Source: Vicugna vicugna (Eukaryota). Taken from it: 64,000 nucleotides of DNA. The notes below the pieces were generated by a model, which had not been told where the DNA came from, made no database searches, and saw only the letters and a program-made list of their open reading frames with translations. Shown here piece by piece: positions 36,607-49,128 of this stretch (position 1 is the first letter of the stretch; each line of letters opens with the position of its first letter). The stretch covers positions 746,591-810,590 of the forward strand of contig MU058039.1 of the NCBI GenBank assembly GCA_013265495.1, given 5' to 3'. The translations under genes and the position numbers were made by a program.

Positions 36607-37034
36607 GGAGAGCCTCAGTACTCCAGTCATTCCAGCAGCAATACCCTCTCCAGCAACGCGTCCAGCAACCACAGCGACGATCGATGGTTCGACCCCCTAG
36701 ACCCCCTGGAGCCAGAGCAAGACCCTCTCTCCAAGGGTGGCTCCAGTGACAGTGGCATTGACACCACCCTCTACACCTCCAGCCCCAGCTGCATGTCCTT
36801 GGCCAAGACACCTCGGCCGGCCAAGCCACACAAGCCCCCTGGAAGTATAGGCCTCTGTGGGGGCGGGCGCGAGGCTACCGGGCGGTCCCACCATGCAGAC
36901 CGGCGACGGGAGGTCTCACCTGCCCCTGCGGTCACTGGCCAGAACAAGGGCTATCGACCGAAGCTGTACTCTTCAGGCTCCAGCACCCCTACAGGCCTGG
37001 CTGGGGGCAGCCGTGACCCACCAAGGCAGCCCAG
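36607..37034 (+). CDS. SIPA1L3: SIPA1L3 coding exon (428 nt, phase 0 to 2): [29 protein letters not shown]...[22 protein letters not shown]...SRDPPRQP
   Basis: Acceptor gccttccag ends at 36606 and donor CAG|gtaagg starts at 37035. Contains the SIPA1L motifs [12 protein letters not shown] and SSDSGIDT. Confidence 0.95.
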
Positions 37035-37689
37035 GTAAGGCACTGCATGTAGTCCAGGTCCTTCAGGGGGTTCTGACCACCTTCCATATCCCCACAGTCC
37101 TGACTGTGGAGTTCCCCTCCCCAGGAACATGCTTACGTATTAGTTTGCTTACAGAACTGGGGGGCTCATGGACCTCTCTCTGGTTCACTCTGACCCTCAG
37201 TCTCTCTTTCCTTTCCTCCCTGCTGAGACCAGTAGTTTTTATGCTTTCTGGAAGTCATAGACTATTTTTGTTAGGAGAACATTTGGCTGGCAGTAATAGG
37301 AAACCTGACCCACAGTGGCTTAAACAAATGGAGGTTTAACAGTCCCCAGATGGGACGTCCAGAGAGGGCAGAGCCGGGCTTGTGCAGCAGCAGCTCAGGG
37401 AGGGCCTCAAGGCCTAGCACCCTCTGTCTTCCGGCTCCATCATCCTCCTCATACTGACTGTGACTTCCTGGTCTCCAGGTGGCTGTGGTGTCCCCTGGAG
37501 CATGGGGCAAAGAACAGGGGAAGGATTGTAACATCTGTATAGCTCCCCGTCTATGGAGAAAGCAAAAGCTTTCCCAGATCCCCCTCAGCAGGCAGTGTCA
37601 CAGGGTCATCTCAGCTACAGGGAAGTCTGGGAGAGCATGGTTTAGCCTTCCAGCCCCCACAGTGAAGGGCAGCGTGGTTCCCGGACAGT

Positions 37690-37817
37690 CCCCTGGAGGG
37701 CTCTTCAACACAGATTCCCCTGACCTCCTGAGTGGGGCCTGAGGATATGCATTTTTACAAAGTTCCCCGTGGATGCTGATGCTGCTGGTCCCCGGACCAC
37801 ACTCTGAGAACCACTGG
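37690..37817. mobile_element. MER5-like hAT-Charlie DNA transposon remnant
   Basis: ggggcctgaggatatgcatttttacaaagttcccc...gatgctgctggtccc..ggaccacactctgagaaccactg. Further copies at about 16440-16620 and 21180-21330. Confidence 0.75.
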
Positions 37818-38683
37818 TAGAGAGGCAGACGGAGAAAAAAGTGAGAATGAGCAGGCATGGTCTAGCCAACAACCTGGAGTCTGGACCACATGCACTTTGA
37901 GAATCCAGTGAAAGCCACGAACTGCCTCCTGGAAAAGTCATTCTGCCGTCACAGGGCTCAGCCTGGTCCAAGGGCTGCCGCCTCCCTTCCCTTCCCTTCC
38001 TGTTCTTTCCCTTCCCTTCCTTTCCCTGACCATAGCTGAGCAGGGGCCAGCCCGTGTCCAGGAACCCCCGTTAGGGTCTTTATCTCCTTCAACTTCCTGA
38101 CACCTTGACCAGCCCCCATACCTGCGCAGGACACGTGCACCTGGGCAGTGGTCTCAGACCTCCTTGACCACCACACGCGGTGGACCTGAGTCCTGGGTCT
38201 TTGTACAGAAATAACTGTTTTAAAAAAAAGGTGAAGGAAGAATTCCCTAGTGATTCTTAGCCTGACTGTGTGGGAAGCACTTTGATCTAGTCCAGTCTGT
38301 TGAGAATGTTTGGATGCGGCTCGCTACCTCCTTCAACAATCTCAAGACCTGACAGTGGTCCCCTCATTACCAAAGTCCAGTTCGGCCGCTTACCGCTCAA
38401 AAGCCAACATCTGATCAGGAGACAAGTGTTGGTTGGAAAGGAAAAATACGCAGAAGCCTAAGGGTCCTGGAGTTTAGCTACTGTAAGAGTTAGAGAGTTT
38501 AAAGTATAACTAGATTCTGAGACCAAGGGGCTGCCTATGCGATGACAGACTTGGAAACCACCATATGTGAGACCCACTCTGGCCCTGTCCTGAAGTCAGG
38601 GAGCCTGGGGAAGGTGAGGGTAGAGAGAGAGCATCCCGGTGAGTTGAGTTTCTGTCTCTGCCTGCCTCTCTAGACAGATCGTT

Positions 38684-38815
38684 TTGGGTTTTTTTGTTTC
38701 TGTTTTTGTTTTTTTGGAGGGGGGAGGTTTACTAATTTGTTTATTTTTAGAGGAGGTACTGGGGACTGAACCCAGGACCTTGTGTATGCTGAGTATGAGC
38801 TATTCCCTCCCTCCT
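38684..38815 (-). mobile_element. tRNA-derived SINE (Vic-1-like) with internal deletion
   Basis: gaggaggtactggggactgaacccaggacc core. TSD cagatc(g/a)tt at 38675-38683 and 38816-38824. Confidence 0.82.
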
Positions 38816-39319
38816 CAGATCATTCTTAATCATTTGAACTCATGGACTCTTTTGAACAGCTCCTTTATTCATTTATTTATCCATTCATTTCACTTGCTGC
38901 TATTTCTTGGAGATTTGTTAGGTCCTGGGCACTGTGCTGGGAGCTGAGGAGAAAGAGTGGGCAAATTCAGATGAGGCCCCCAGCCCTCACCTCACTCACC
39001 ATCAACTGAGGGTGACAGACTAGAATCAGGTCATCACTGAGACAAATGTCAAAGTACACCCACTGAGAGGGACTTGGTGCTGAGAGAGTCCTTGGGGCCA
39101 CGGCGTCCCGGGTCTCTGCTGTGGTAGCCCCTGTGCTGGGCACAGGCCCGTGATAGTAATGAGAATATGAGTAGCTAGAGGGTTTTGGAATCTGGATATA
39201 AAGGCAGCGGTGCTGGGGTGTAGACTGTGTCTGGGGCAGAGAAGGGGTGGAATAAAACCCTGTGTCTGAGAGGATTTGCTGAACCCAGAAATGAAGGAAA
39301 TAAAATGGGAGAGGAACTG

Positions 39320-39440
39320 CTACAAAAGAGGGCCCTGCGGTTGGGAGCTTTAATTTGCATACAGACAATTGATGCTAATTGCAAATCATTCTTATCTACT
39401 CATTAAAGCTGCTTCCTGAAGTTTTCTCCTAGGCAACCAG
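39320..39440. promoter_or_regulatory. Putative enhancer: octamer/SOX motif cluster
   Basis: ATTTGCAT at 39353-39360, ACAAT at 39365-39369, ATGCTAAT at 39372-39379 and TTGCAAAT at 39379-39386, in apparently unique sequence. Confidence 0.4.
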
Positions 39441-42039
39441 GCTTTAGTGTGAAACAGCATTTCCCAAAATGGGGTGCTCGAGGTGATTTGGGTGGTACAC
39501 GGAGGAAAATGTTTTATCTTAAATGGATATTAGGAAAAGTGTTATCAGCCCTTCCCCTGATTTTATAGATACTGCCTTGGACAAGTCAAGGAAAATTAAA
39601 TAAGTTGATTTAAAGAATCTGATTCATGGCAAACGAGAGAGTGTGTACTCCAGAGTCAGCCCACTGGGGTTCAAGCCCTCTCTCTGTCTTGTCTTGGCTC
39701 TGTGGCCTTGGGCAAATGACTGAACCTCTTTGGGCCTCAGTTTCCTCATCTGTGGAATGGGAGCTAAATCACATACCTACCTCATGGGTTTGGTGAGGGT
39801 TAAATGAGCTCATGTTTGCAGAGGCCTTAGAACAGTACCTGACAGTGAATGTCAAGCCTGGCTGTATTAGAATCTTGGGCAGGGGGTAGGGTTGGGTGGG
39901 CATTATAGAAAAGATGAAGTCTTTCCTCAGACTAAGTAAGTCAGAGTATCTCTCCTGGACCAGACCTTGCAGGCAGTGATGGGGACACTATGGTGCCTGA
40001 GATAGCACCAGGCCTCCCTTCTCAGGACTCAGTGTCAGTGGAGGAGACCAGCCTATCCCCAGACAGTGATAGCTCACAGCGGCCAGGGCCAGGGTGAGGG
40101 ATGCACTCCGGATGTGGGAGCCCAAAGGAGGGGCCTGACCCGGTGTAGGAGAGGCTGTCCTGAAGAAAAGAGGCCAAGCTCCTGGGAACTAGGAAGACAG
40201 AGTGTTCCAGACAGGGAAGATGTGTAAGTCCCACCTCACCTGCGGGTCCTCCCACAACCTTCCCATCCCAATAGCTGCAAATTTCCAGGTGGTCACTGAG
40301 CACCTGCGCCCAAGGGCCCCACGTGTGCCTCTGCTTGCCACTGGCTTCACTGCCTCTTGTTCCTGGCAGCCCAGCCACCTTCTGCATCTGCTGTCATCAG
40401 TCCCTTCCCTGGGACCAAGCTGGAATGATGACCCGCTGCCCAGGGCAGGCACAAGGGCTCCCCAGCTGCCCTGTGTCTCCCTCCTGCACTCTGTAGCGCA
40501 GCACTTTGTGTTCATCCCGGCAGCAAGCGCCTACCCCTGCTGTGTGCTCAGCCCTCTGCTGCAGACTGGGCTCCGGCCATCCTGGCTCTGATAGGGCACC
40601 AGGGGAGACAGCAAGCAAATAATTACAAAAGTAATGAATTATGCTCGGGGAAAGCCTGCAGGAAGACCCACTGGGATCTGAGAGTGGATGTGGTAGGGAT
40701 CTGGAGGGGGTATCTAATCTAGCCTGTGGGAGAGTTTTCCCCTAAGGAGGAGTCATTTCTGCCAAGGATGAGAGGGATAAGGAGGGAGCAGGTGAAGTGG
40801 TTTCAGGAGACAAATGATATATTCTTGACCTAGGATGCAGTTATGTGGGTATTTGCTTTGCAACTATTTGTTAAATTATACATATGTTTTGTGTATTTTG
40901 CTCTATGTGGGCTGTGTTACAGTTTTTTTTTAAGGGAGAAAGGAAAGATGACATGTGGGGAGGGTGTCCTCATGAGTGGGAGTAGCATATGCAAAGGCCC
41001 TGAGATGGGGAGGAGGGTGGATGCTATCAGGTCACTGAATACAGGCTCCTTAGCTTAAGTGTAGAAATTGAGGGGGTTGGGGCCAGGGCCAGACCATGCA
41101 AGGCCCTGCCAGCCACATTAGAGTTTGGATTTGATCCTAAGAGCTATAGGCAGCAAGGAAAGGTTTCAGCAGAGAGGATAATGCAGGCAGGTGTGTGTTT
41201 TGAAAGATGGTGCTGGAGGCAGGATTGAAAACGTCTCAGTGATGAGTCTGAGGCCGAAATGTGAGTGAGAGGGAAGGGGGCCTGGACCAGAAGACAGAGC
41301 AACTGCAGACATGTCAGCAGGTGGCACCGACAGGACAGAAGCAGGGAGGGAGACACAGTCTCAGACAGCATGCCTTCTGCTCATCGGGCCAACTGTGTCA
41401 CGAGATTGCTGCAGACAAGGAGCATGGAGATTCTTGAGAGAGAAAATGAGAGCAGAGCTGGGCAGGCCTCAGAGGAATGTTGTTTGTATGTTCACTGACA
41501 CTAAAGCACCCACTATGTGCCAGGCACTGTTCTAAGCATGGCGATACAGCAGGGAACAAAGTCAAGTCCCTCCCTTGTGGTGCTGACAGTCTTCTGAAGA
41601 GACAGCAAGGCAGAAAGACAATTGAGCAACCGTGTACTATTAGTATGCCAGGCGGAAATAAGGTCTGGGGACAAAACCCAAAGAGATAGAAGGAAGGCTT
41701 TTCGGAGGAGGTGATATTTTGCAGGAAGCATGGGAGTGATCCAGGCAGAGGAAATAGCAAATGCCAAGGCCCTGAAGGTAAACTCATTTGCAGTGCTCTG
41801 GAAATGCTCCCGTGGGCAGATGGAGAAAAGGAGAGGGTGGCAGGAGTTCTGATTTGCAAAGTAGACAGGGGCGCAGCTCTTGGGGCCTTACAGACCACAG
41901 TCAAGTGCTGGGATTTGATTCTGAGGGACATGGAGCCATGGGAGCACATAATCTGACTTACGTTTTAAGAAGACCACTGTGGGCAACTCGAGGGAAAGTG
42001 GACTGTTTTGGGGGGGATTGAGTTTCCCAGCAAAATTCG

Positions 42040-42450
42040 AGGCCTGCCAGGAAAGGGATGGGCCCTGCTGGGTCGGACCAGGGAGCCCCGCCCACTCCCT
42101 CCTCACGTTGCAGCCTCTCCGGGGAAGCCCCGCAGCCTGCAGCAGCTTGTGCCCAGCGGTGATTTCAGTGACTTCACAGACTCCCCGCAGACGTGCGTCA
42201 TGGGAGCCCGGCTTCCAGGCACGGTGTCCGGCGCCAGCGCCTGCTCTGGGCCCCGTGGCGGGCCCGATGACACCAGGCGGGCCGCCTCCTGCCCCCCGCC
42301 CTCTCTCAGGGCAGCACGCGCTCCGGAGCGTCCTGGGCTTCCAGGGCAATTTGTCAGAGCAGGTTAGGGGCAGTGAGAGACTCTCGGCTGTACGTGGAGC
42401 CGACGCCTCCGGGCGTTCCCAAGCAGGTAGGGTGCTTCCCCAGACTGCTC
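42040..42450. promoter_or_regulatory. Intronic CpG-rich, GC-rich segment (putative enhancer or internal promoter)
   Basis: CpG density is visibly raised relative to the flanks, with GC boxes (ccccgccc) and a CRE/E-box-like gacgtgcgtcat. Function is not demonstrable from sequence. Confidence 0.45.
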
Positions 42451-45400
42451 TGGTCTCCAGGACTCCCTTCTGGGGGCACAGCCCTGAGATGCGATGTGAG
42501 GGGCCCACCCTGCCTGTGTCAGCTGGGAAGCTGGGGTCACACAACCAAGGCCTACTCAGAGAGTCACAGTCAGCTTCAGAACAGGAACCCAGGCAGGCGT
42601 CTCCAGGAACTCACGGGAGGGAGGGGGCCACTCAGGGATCTGAGGAGCGGGGAGAGTAGTGCAAACACCCCGAGGTGGAAATGTTCTGGTGTTTGAGGAA
42701 CCCCTCCCTCGTGGCCAGAAGAGGAGGGAAAGCGGGAGGAGCTGAGGGCAGAGCCAGGGAGCAGGGGGTGTGGGGCCTTGGGGAGGACCCAGGGGAGGAC
42801 TCTGACTCTTACCTGGAATCAGGCGGAGCCCCAGAGAGTCCTGAGCAGAAGAGGGCTGTGATCGGAGGCCCTGTCTGACTGTATTTGGGGGTGAGGGCAG
42901 GAAGCAGCCGCTGTGGGGATACAGGTGGACAGTGGTTGGTGGAGGCAGCAAGCGGTGGTTGGATTCTGCATCAGTTTGGAGCCAGGAGTTTTTGCCTCAC
43001 ATCCTCTGCTTCCATTTTCTGAAGACCTGCCATTTTCCCTCCTGGGCTGCAGGCTGGAACGTTCAGGCACCGGAGCCTGGTCATCCAGCCATGTGCAGGG
43101 ACTGACTCGACTCTCGAACCCATGCCAGTGCCCCGGGAGAGAGGGCAGGATTAGTCCAGCGGTTAAGGCCCCATGGGGTGCCCCTGGGTGGTTCTGGGTG
43201 AGCAGTGCTGTTTCCCATCTCAACCACTAGTCAACCGTGATCTCCATCAGGCTCCTCGCTTCCTCCGAGGCTCGATTTCCTCATCCAGAAAATGTGATGA
43301 CAGGCTTTGTGTTCTCTGCAAGGCCGAACCCACACCGGCATTGAAGTGATTAGCACGAGGCCCGCGGCACAGCTGGCCCAGACCCATCAGCTGCTGCTAG
43401 GCTCTATTCTCACGTGCTGTGTGTTTACCGTGACTACCATTGTCATGAGAGCACAGGTCAGTGGTTAAACGCAGTGTCTCCTGAGCCAGATTGCCTGTGT
43501 TTGTATCCTGGCTCCATCCCCTACCAGCTGCATCATTTGGAGCAAGTTATTTAATTTCTCTGGGCCTCAGCTTCCCCACCTGAAACTTGGGGATAGTGGT
43601 AGTTCTTGCCTCGTAGGGTCGCTGGGACATCTAAATGCAGCACTGCCTGTGAGATGCTTAGAGCAGGGCCTGGCCATGTTCACAGGCTCGATGTGGTCAC
43701 CAGTGTCACCTGCTGTGCCACTGCCCTTCCTTCTGAAGGCAGGGGCACAGCTCCCTTTGTGCCTGTTGCCCACTCTGGGCCACCATTGGCCTCCCTTCAG
43801 AGTCCCAGGACTGGATAAACCCAGGGCGTTGCACATGCCTCTACTTCTGTACGATTTCTCCATCCCACCTGGGGTTTTTCAGCTTTTTTTATAAGCCACA
43901 GAACCTTTTCCTCCAGCAAAATCTTAAACGCTCTCCTAGATGCAGTACAATGAGTGCACAGCCTCTCAGGGTGCAGGTGCGGTGTGGTGCAGAGAAGAAT
44001 GCTGCATCCGAGTCCTGGCTGGGCCTGGCCTGGGCTTTTAGCCCCTGGACACACCATGTTTCTTTACACCTGCAGCTCTGGGAGCACATCCCTGGTGCCC
44101 GGGCCTGTGCTGAGCACTTTGCACGCGTGATCTCGTGAGGCAGGTGCTGTCATTGCCTTGTTTCTCAGAGGAAGAAACTGAGGCTCCTTGAGGGGAAGGG
44201 ACTCAAGCAAAGATCACAGGGCATCAGTCAAGCTGGGTTGGAACCTGGGTCAGATGAGCAGCACGGCCCACGTTCTCATCCACTGCGTGGTGCTGCCTCG
44301 CTTTTCAGGTCGAAGCTGAGGCCCAGGGAGGGCACCTGGCCACACCGGTGCTGCAGAAGGGAAGTGTGTGTGTTGATTGGTAGGTGGGGTAAGAACATCC
44401 TGTATACAGCACCTGGCACAGCCTGTGGTCCCCAGGGCATGTGGGACGGGCGCCCGCCTTGGCTGGGGTAGGTTGAGATGCACAGCACATTCAGGGGAAG
44501 AGTTCTTTGCTGTCCTACTGTGTACAGACACCATCCATTCCTGAGGCTTGGAGAGGCTAATGACGGCACAGTCGTGGGAACGCCTTTGATTACATATAGC
44601 AGGAAATCCCAGCTCAATTGGAGGAAGTCTGTTATCTCTCAAAAGGAGAAGTCCCAAGTTAGGGAGGGCCCCACGACTGGGTAATTTATTGACTCGAGGA
44701 CCCAGGTTCTTTCCTTTTCTTTGTTCTGCCTCCATCGGCCTAAAGACTGGCTCCCCTCACAGTCTCCAAGTGGCTGTCATTCAACCAGATCGTCGCTAGG
44801 GTTTGTTGTTGTTGTTTCGGTTTTTTCTTTTTTGTTTTGGGGGGTTTTTTGATCACAAGTGAGAAATATCACCAGAGCTTTACTGCAGACCAAGGGACCC
44901 CTCACAAGCAGCCCCACAGCCCCAAGTCCCTGCCACAAAGACAGAACCCAGGCGCTCGGGGCCGCCCGTAAGTGCACGTACCTTGACCCCAAGCAGAGAG
45001 GAAATAACAACAGGCCATGATTTGCCTGTTTCCACAATTTCCCGAAGGCAGGTTGGCATCAGAATATTGGAGAAATAGCAGCAGGGTAGCAGTTTGTGAA
45101 TCCAGGTGCCTGGAGTCCTGGTTCAGTCACAGAGAAGGTAAAGGCCACGATGGGGGAAGAGCTGGAGCCCAGGCCTCAAGGTTTCCAGCAGGGCAGGAAG
45201 TCGCAGCGTCCAGTGGAAGAAATGGTGGTGCTTCCTGCAAGTGGTCTTTGTTAGTTTTCTAGTGACAAAATCTTCCCCCGAGTCACAAAGCAGATAATCC
45301 ACACTCACACACCCAGCGTCTCACTGGCCAGAAGATCTCAGACCTACTGCAGACCCATCCCAGACAAGTGGCATCAGCCAGTCAGGATATGCCCCCAGGG

Positions 45401-46064
45401 CTGGGTTCTAGGTCACCTTCCTCAAGCAACGGGTGAGTCAAATCAGCCTTCATTTATAGGGTGAGGTGATAGGATGGCACCCAGTGCCTGCACAGGCCTG
45501 AGGAGTGGGTGAACCTGTCCCAGGAGAAGCAGTGGACAGGGTCAGCTAGCAGATGCAGAGACGGAAGGTGTTCATCCTTTAACTTTTTTTTTTTAATCAT
45601 CTCTTGTTTTTTTCAGCTCACAAAAGTTGAACATACCAGATGACAAGGTAGAGAAATATGTACTGCAGAAAGTAAAAGTTAGGGTTAAAATCAGTTAGAA
45701 CATATTCAGAGAGTGGGCCCCCTGCAGCCGTTGAAGGGAGAGGGGCCGTGTGGGCTGACATGGAGATATGGACAGAGCATCTTGTGACGGTCAAAGCCAG
45801 GTGCAGAACAAGCTCGGGGGAGGCTGCCGTGTATGTTATAAAGGAAGGTTGGGAGGATGTGCACACATGCTTGTGTACAGCAAACTGTCTGTTGAAGAAG
45901 AAGGGGTGGAGTTCAAGGTTGCCTTGAGAAAGGACACTGAAGTGTCAGGTGGCACTTCCTTTCTACCCCGTGCCATTTACATGGTCTCATTTCCGCACCG
46001 TTACTACCTGCAGAGGTAGTCAGTGTATGCTCCCCCAGAGACTGCTCTCAGTCTGCAACTAGCC

Positions 46065-46280
46065 CAGGTCTTTCAAACATTTTGACCATTACCCAAAACA
46101 GGAAAAGCCTTTTACATTACGACCCAGCATGGACATCCGGAATATAGTTTCACAAAACCACTTACTCTTACCTTACATGGGGTACACTGAGGTTTTTTAA
46201 TTCTAGTCTATTTCTTTTTTTTTTTCCTTTTAATAGTGGTCAAGATCCATTAAATTGATTTCATAAGCCACAGTTGGAGA
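46065..46280. mobile_element. MER119-like hAT DNA transposon remnant
   Basis: ttttacattacgacccag...gtttcacaaaaccacttactcttacc...taaattgatttcata. An inverted copy lies at about 10625-11000 (tgggctatgaaatcag). Confidence 0.55.
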
Positions 46281-46849
46281 AAAAAAAAACTATATTTCCT
46301 TTCTGTAGAAAAGACCCCCCCACCCCCAAAAAAAGTCCAGTAGTCACACAAGTATGAAGGTTTACAAAAAAAAAAAGTGTGTGCTCTACACAAGGCCTTG
46401 TTTCCACTTACTGTAACTCAGACATCCATTCTCATCCATAAACAGGAATCAACTTCATCCTTTGCACTGGCTGTGTAGTTTTCCATATTGTGACTGTGCT
46501 TCGAACAGTCTGTTAATCCCCTTTTAAAAGACATTCAGGCCATGCCCAACTTTTCTTGATTACCACAGTGTTGCAGTGACCCCCTCCATGTGCCTGCATG
46601 TACGTGTGCAGGCTTTTCCTTGGCTTGGATTTCTGGGAGGTAACATGTTAGATTGAGGCTCCTCACCCTCCAGTTCTCAGCTCAGACGCCATTGCCTCCT
46701 TGGGGAAGCCCTCCTGAACACCCCAGGCAGAGTCCAATCCCAGTATTACATGCTCCCTGGCTCCCTGGACATGCCACCACCAGTGCACAACCATGGCCCC
46801 ATTGACAAATGTTGCTAAATTATCAAAAAGTATAATATATAAGTCAGTC

Positions 46850-47890
46850 AGAGCTTACTTTTTCTAATCCCTTCTGACAGTTTGCAGTTGTGGTGTTTCA
46901 ACATTCATGTTTAATGAAGTTCTTGATAATGATTGGATTTACAGTTGCCGTTTTGTTCTTTGTTTTCTGTATGTTTACTGTCTTTTTTGCTCCCTTGTTC
47001 TTTCTTTACTGCGGCCTTTTGTGTTAAATGTATTTTGGTGTGCCATCTGGATCCCTCTTTATTTTTTTTGGACTTTTTTTTTTTAGTTTTTATAGCATGC
47101 ATCTATCAGTGTATTTCAGACCAATACAAACTTAATTCCAATAAAATACAGAAACTTTTGCCTAATATAGCCCCATGCCCTTTTCCCTTCCTTGTGCTAT
47201 TTTTGTCATGTGTATTCCATCCATATACGTTATAAACCCAACAATATAGTGTTGGTATTATTGCCTTATATGGACTTATGTTTAACTTTAAGGAAGTTAG
47301 AGGAGAAATAAAAAAACATACATCCGTAGAGTCTTTTATTCTAAGCCACAAATTTACCATCTCAGACCCTTCATTTCTCCATATGGATTCAGGTCACCAT
47401 CTGTAGTGATTTCCTTTCAGCCTGAGGACTTATTTTATTATATATTAGGCAGATATGCTAGCACCAAATTCTTTCAGTCTCTGTTTACCTGGAAACGTCT
47501 TTATTTCACCCTCGTTTGTGAAGGATAGTTTTTGCTGGATATAGAATTCTTGGTTGACGATTTTTTTTCCTCTCTCTCTCTCAGCGGTTTGGAAATATTC
47601 CATTCCATCATTTCAAATGACCAGTCAGCAGTAAATTGTATTGACACCTCTGTATGTGATGAATCTTTTTTCTCTTGGTGCTTTCAGGGTTTTTATCTTA
47701 ATGGTTTGACTTTCACCTATTTTTCTGGGTGTGAATGTCTGTATTTATCCAAGTGGCGATTTATTGAGCTTCTTAGATGTGCAGATGAATGTGTTTTTTT
47801 GGTCCAGTTTGGGGGGTTTTCAGCCATTATTTCTTCAAACCTTTCTCCTGCCCCTTTCCCTCTCCTTCTGAAACTCTCAGTGAACATGTA
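46850..47890 (-). mobile_element. Old LINE-1 ORF1/inter-ORF fragment
   Basis: gtctttatttcaccctc...gaaggatagtttttgctggatatagaattcttggttgac and ttttcagccattatttcttcaaa are typical antisense L1M internal motifs. Confidence 0.7.
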
Positions 47891-48933
47891 TTGAAATGCT
47901 GACGCCGCCCCAGAGGATCCACTGCAGCAGAACTTCCTTGTTCATTGAGCTGGGCAAGGGGATAGGAAGAGCCCCAGGTCAAAATGTCTCTTCCCTGAAG
48001 TTTGGCAGTTTTTCAAGCATAAGTGATACTTGGTTTGTTACATGCTTTTGGTCAATTTCCAGCGTACTAAAATGGTTGTCTTTGTTAGTGTTGTGCTTTG
48101 AGGGGGTGAGAGTTTGCCAGTCTCCTCATTCAGCTGTGGTCAAAAGTCCTACCCCTTAATATTGCTAATTCAACCTTAGATGAGATGTATTGACTTACAC
48201 TTCAAGGCCATTAATTTTCCCATGAAAGAGCTCTTACTTGAAATGGCGTTGGAATTTTATTAAAAAGTTTTACTGGTTGATTCGCCTTACTGGGGTGAGC
48301 AGTTGGGTCCTAGTTAACAGCATGAGGTTCATTGTAGCATTAGTTCCACAGGAACCCAGCATTTGGGATATGGAGCTAGACTGGTGTCCGACATGTAGTA
48401 GTGCTCAAAAAATATTTGAATGAAGAGGCTACATGGCAAGATGTATTTTAAGTTAAAAAAAAATGATAAGTTACAGAACAATTTATTAGCATGATTCCAG
48501 TTATATAAAAACGTAATTCTCCTACCCACTCCTCAGTAAAAGCTCCTGTTTTCTGATTGTTTACACATGGATGTTTTTAAATCATAGGAAAAGGTTAAGA
48601 AGGAAGCAGAGCAAACTGTAAACCATGGTTACCTCCAGAGATGGGCAGGCAGGACCCCCTCCTCCAGCCGCTGTGTGGGTTGTGCACAGAGACAGGGAAT
48701 CTCTGGGGAGAGAGGGGGGAGTCCACCCGCAGGGGTGACTTTTGTAGATTCCCACGGTGGGACTGACTGTGCTCAAAGGGCATCCCTGGGGTGGGACCCG
48801 GGCTGTCTGGGCTGTGAAGGCAGAGTTACCTTTTCTCCACGTAGACGGCTATGTATTGGAATTTTCCACAGCACTAATGTACTTGTGTCTCTCCTGTGTG
48901 AATGAACTTTTTTGTCTGCTAAGAGTAAATTTC

Positions 48934-49049
48934 TTCTTTTTTAAAAAAATTTCTTAAATTTATTTTTTATTTATTATTTTTTCATCTTTTTTGGGGGGAA
49001 GTAATTAGGTTATTCATTTTTTTAATGGACATACTGGGGGCTGATTCCC
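48934..49049 (-). mobile_element. 5'-truncated tRNA-derived SINE (Vic-1-like)
   Basis: ggggaagtaattaggtt body and T-rich tail. Exact 13-bp TSD aagagtaaatttc at 48921-48933 and 49050-49062. Confidence 0.8.
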
Positions 49050-49128
49050 AAGAGTAAATTTCAACAGATCAGTTTTTCAAAATGTGGTATGGAAGTGGTG
49101 GTTTATTGCTCTCATTTTCACTCTGCAG

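Noticed and set aside
41888..42659. Overlapping 218-aa and 226-aa ORFs on opposite strands
   Set aside because: Stop-codon depletion is expected in a CpG/GC-rich patch. The translation is Pro/Gly/Ala/Arg-rich nonsense and the donors are out of phase with the next exon.
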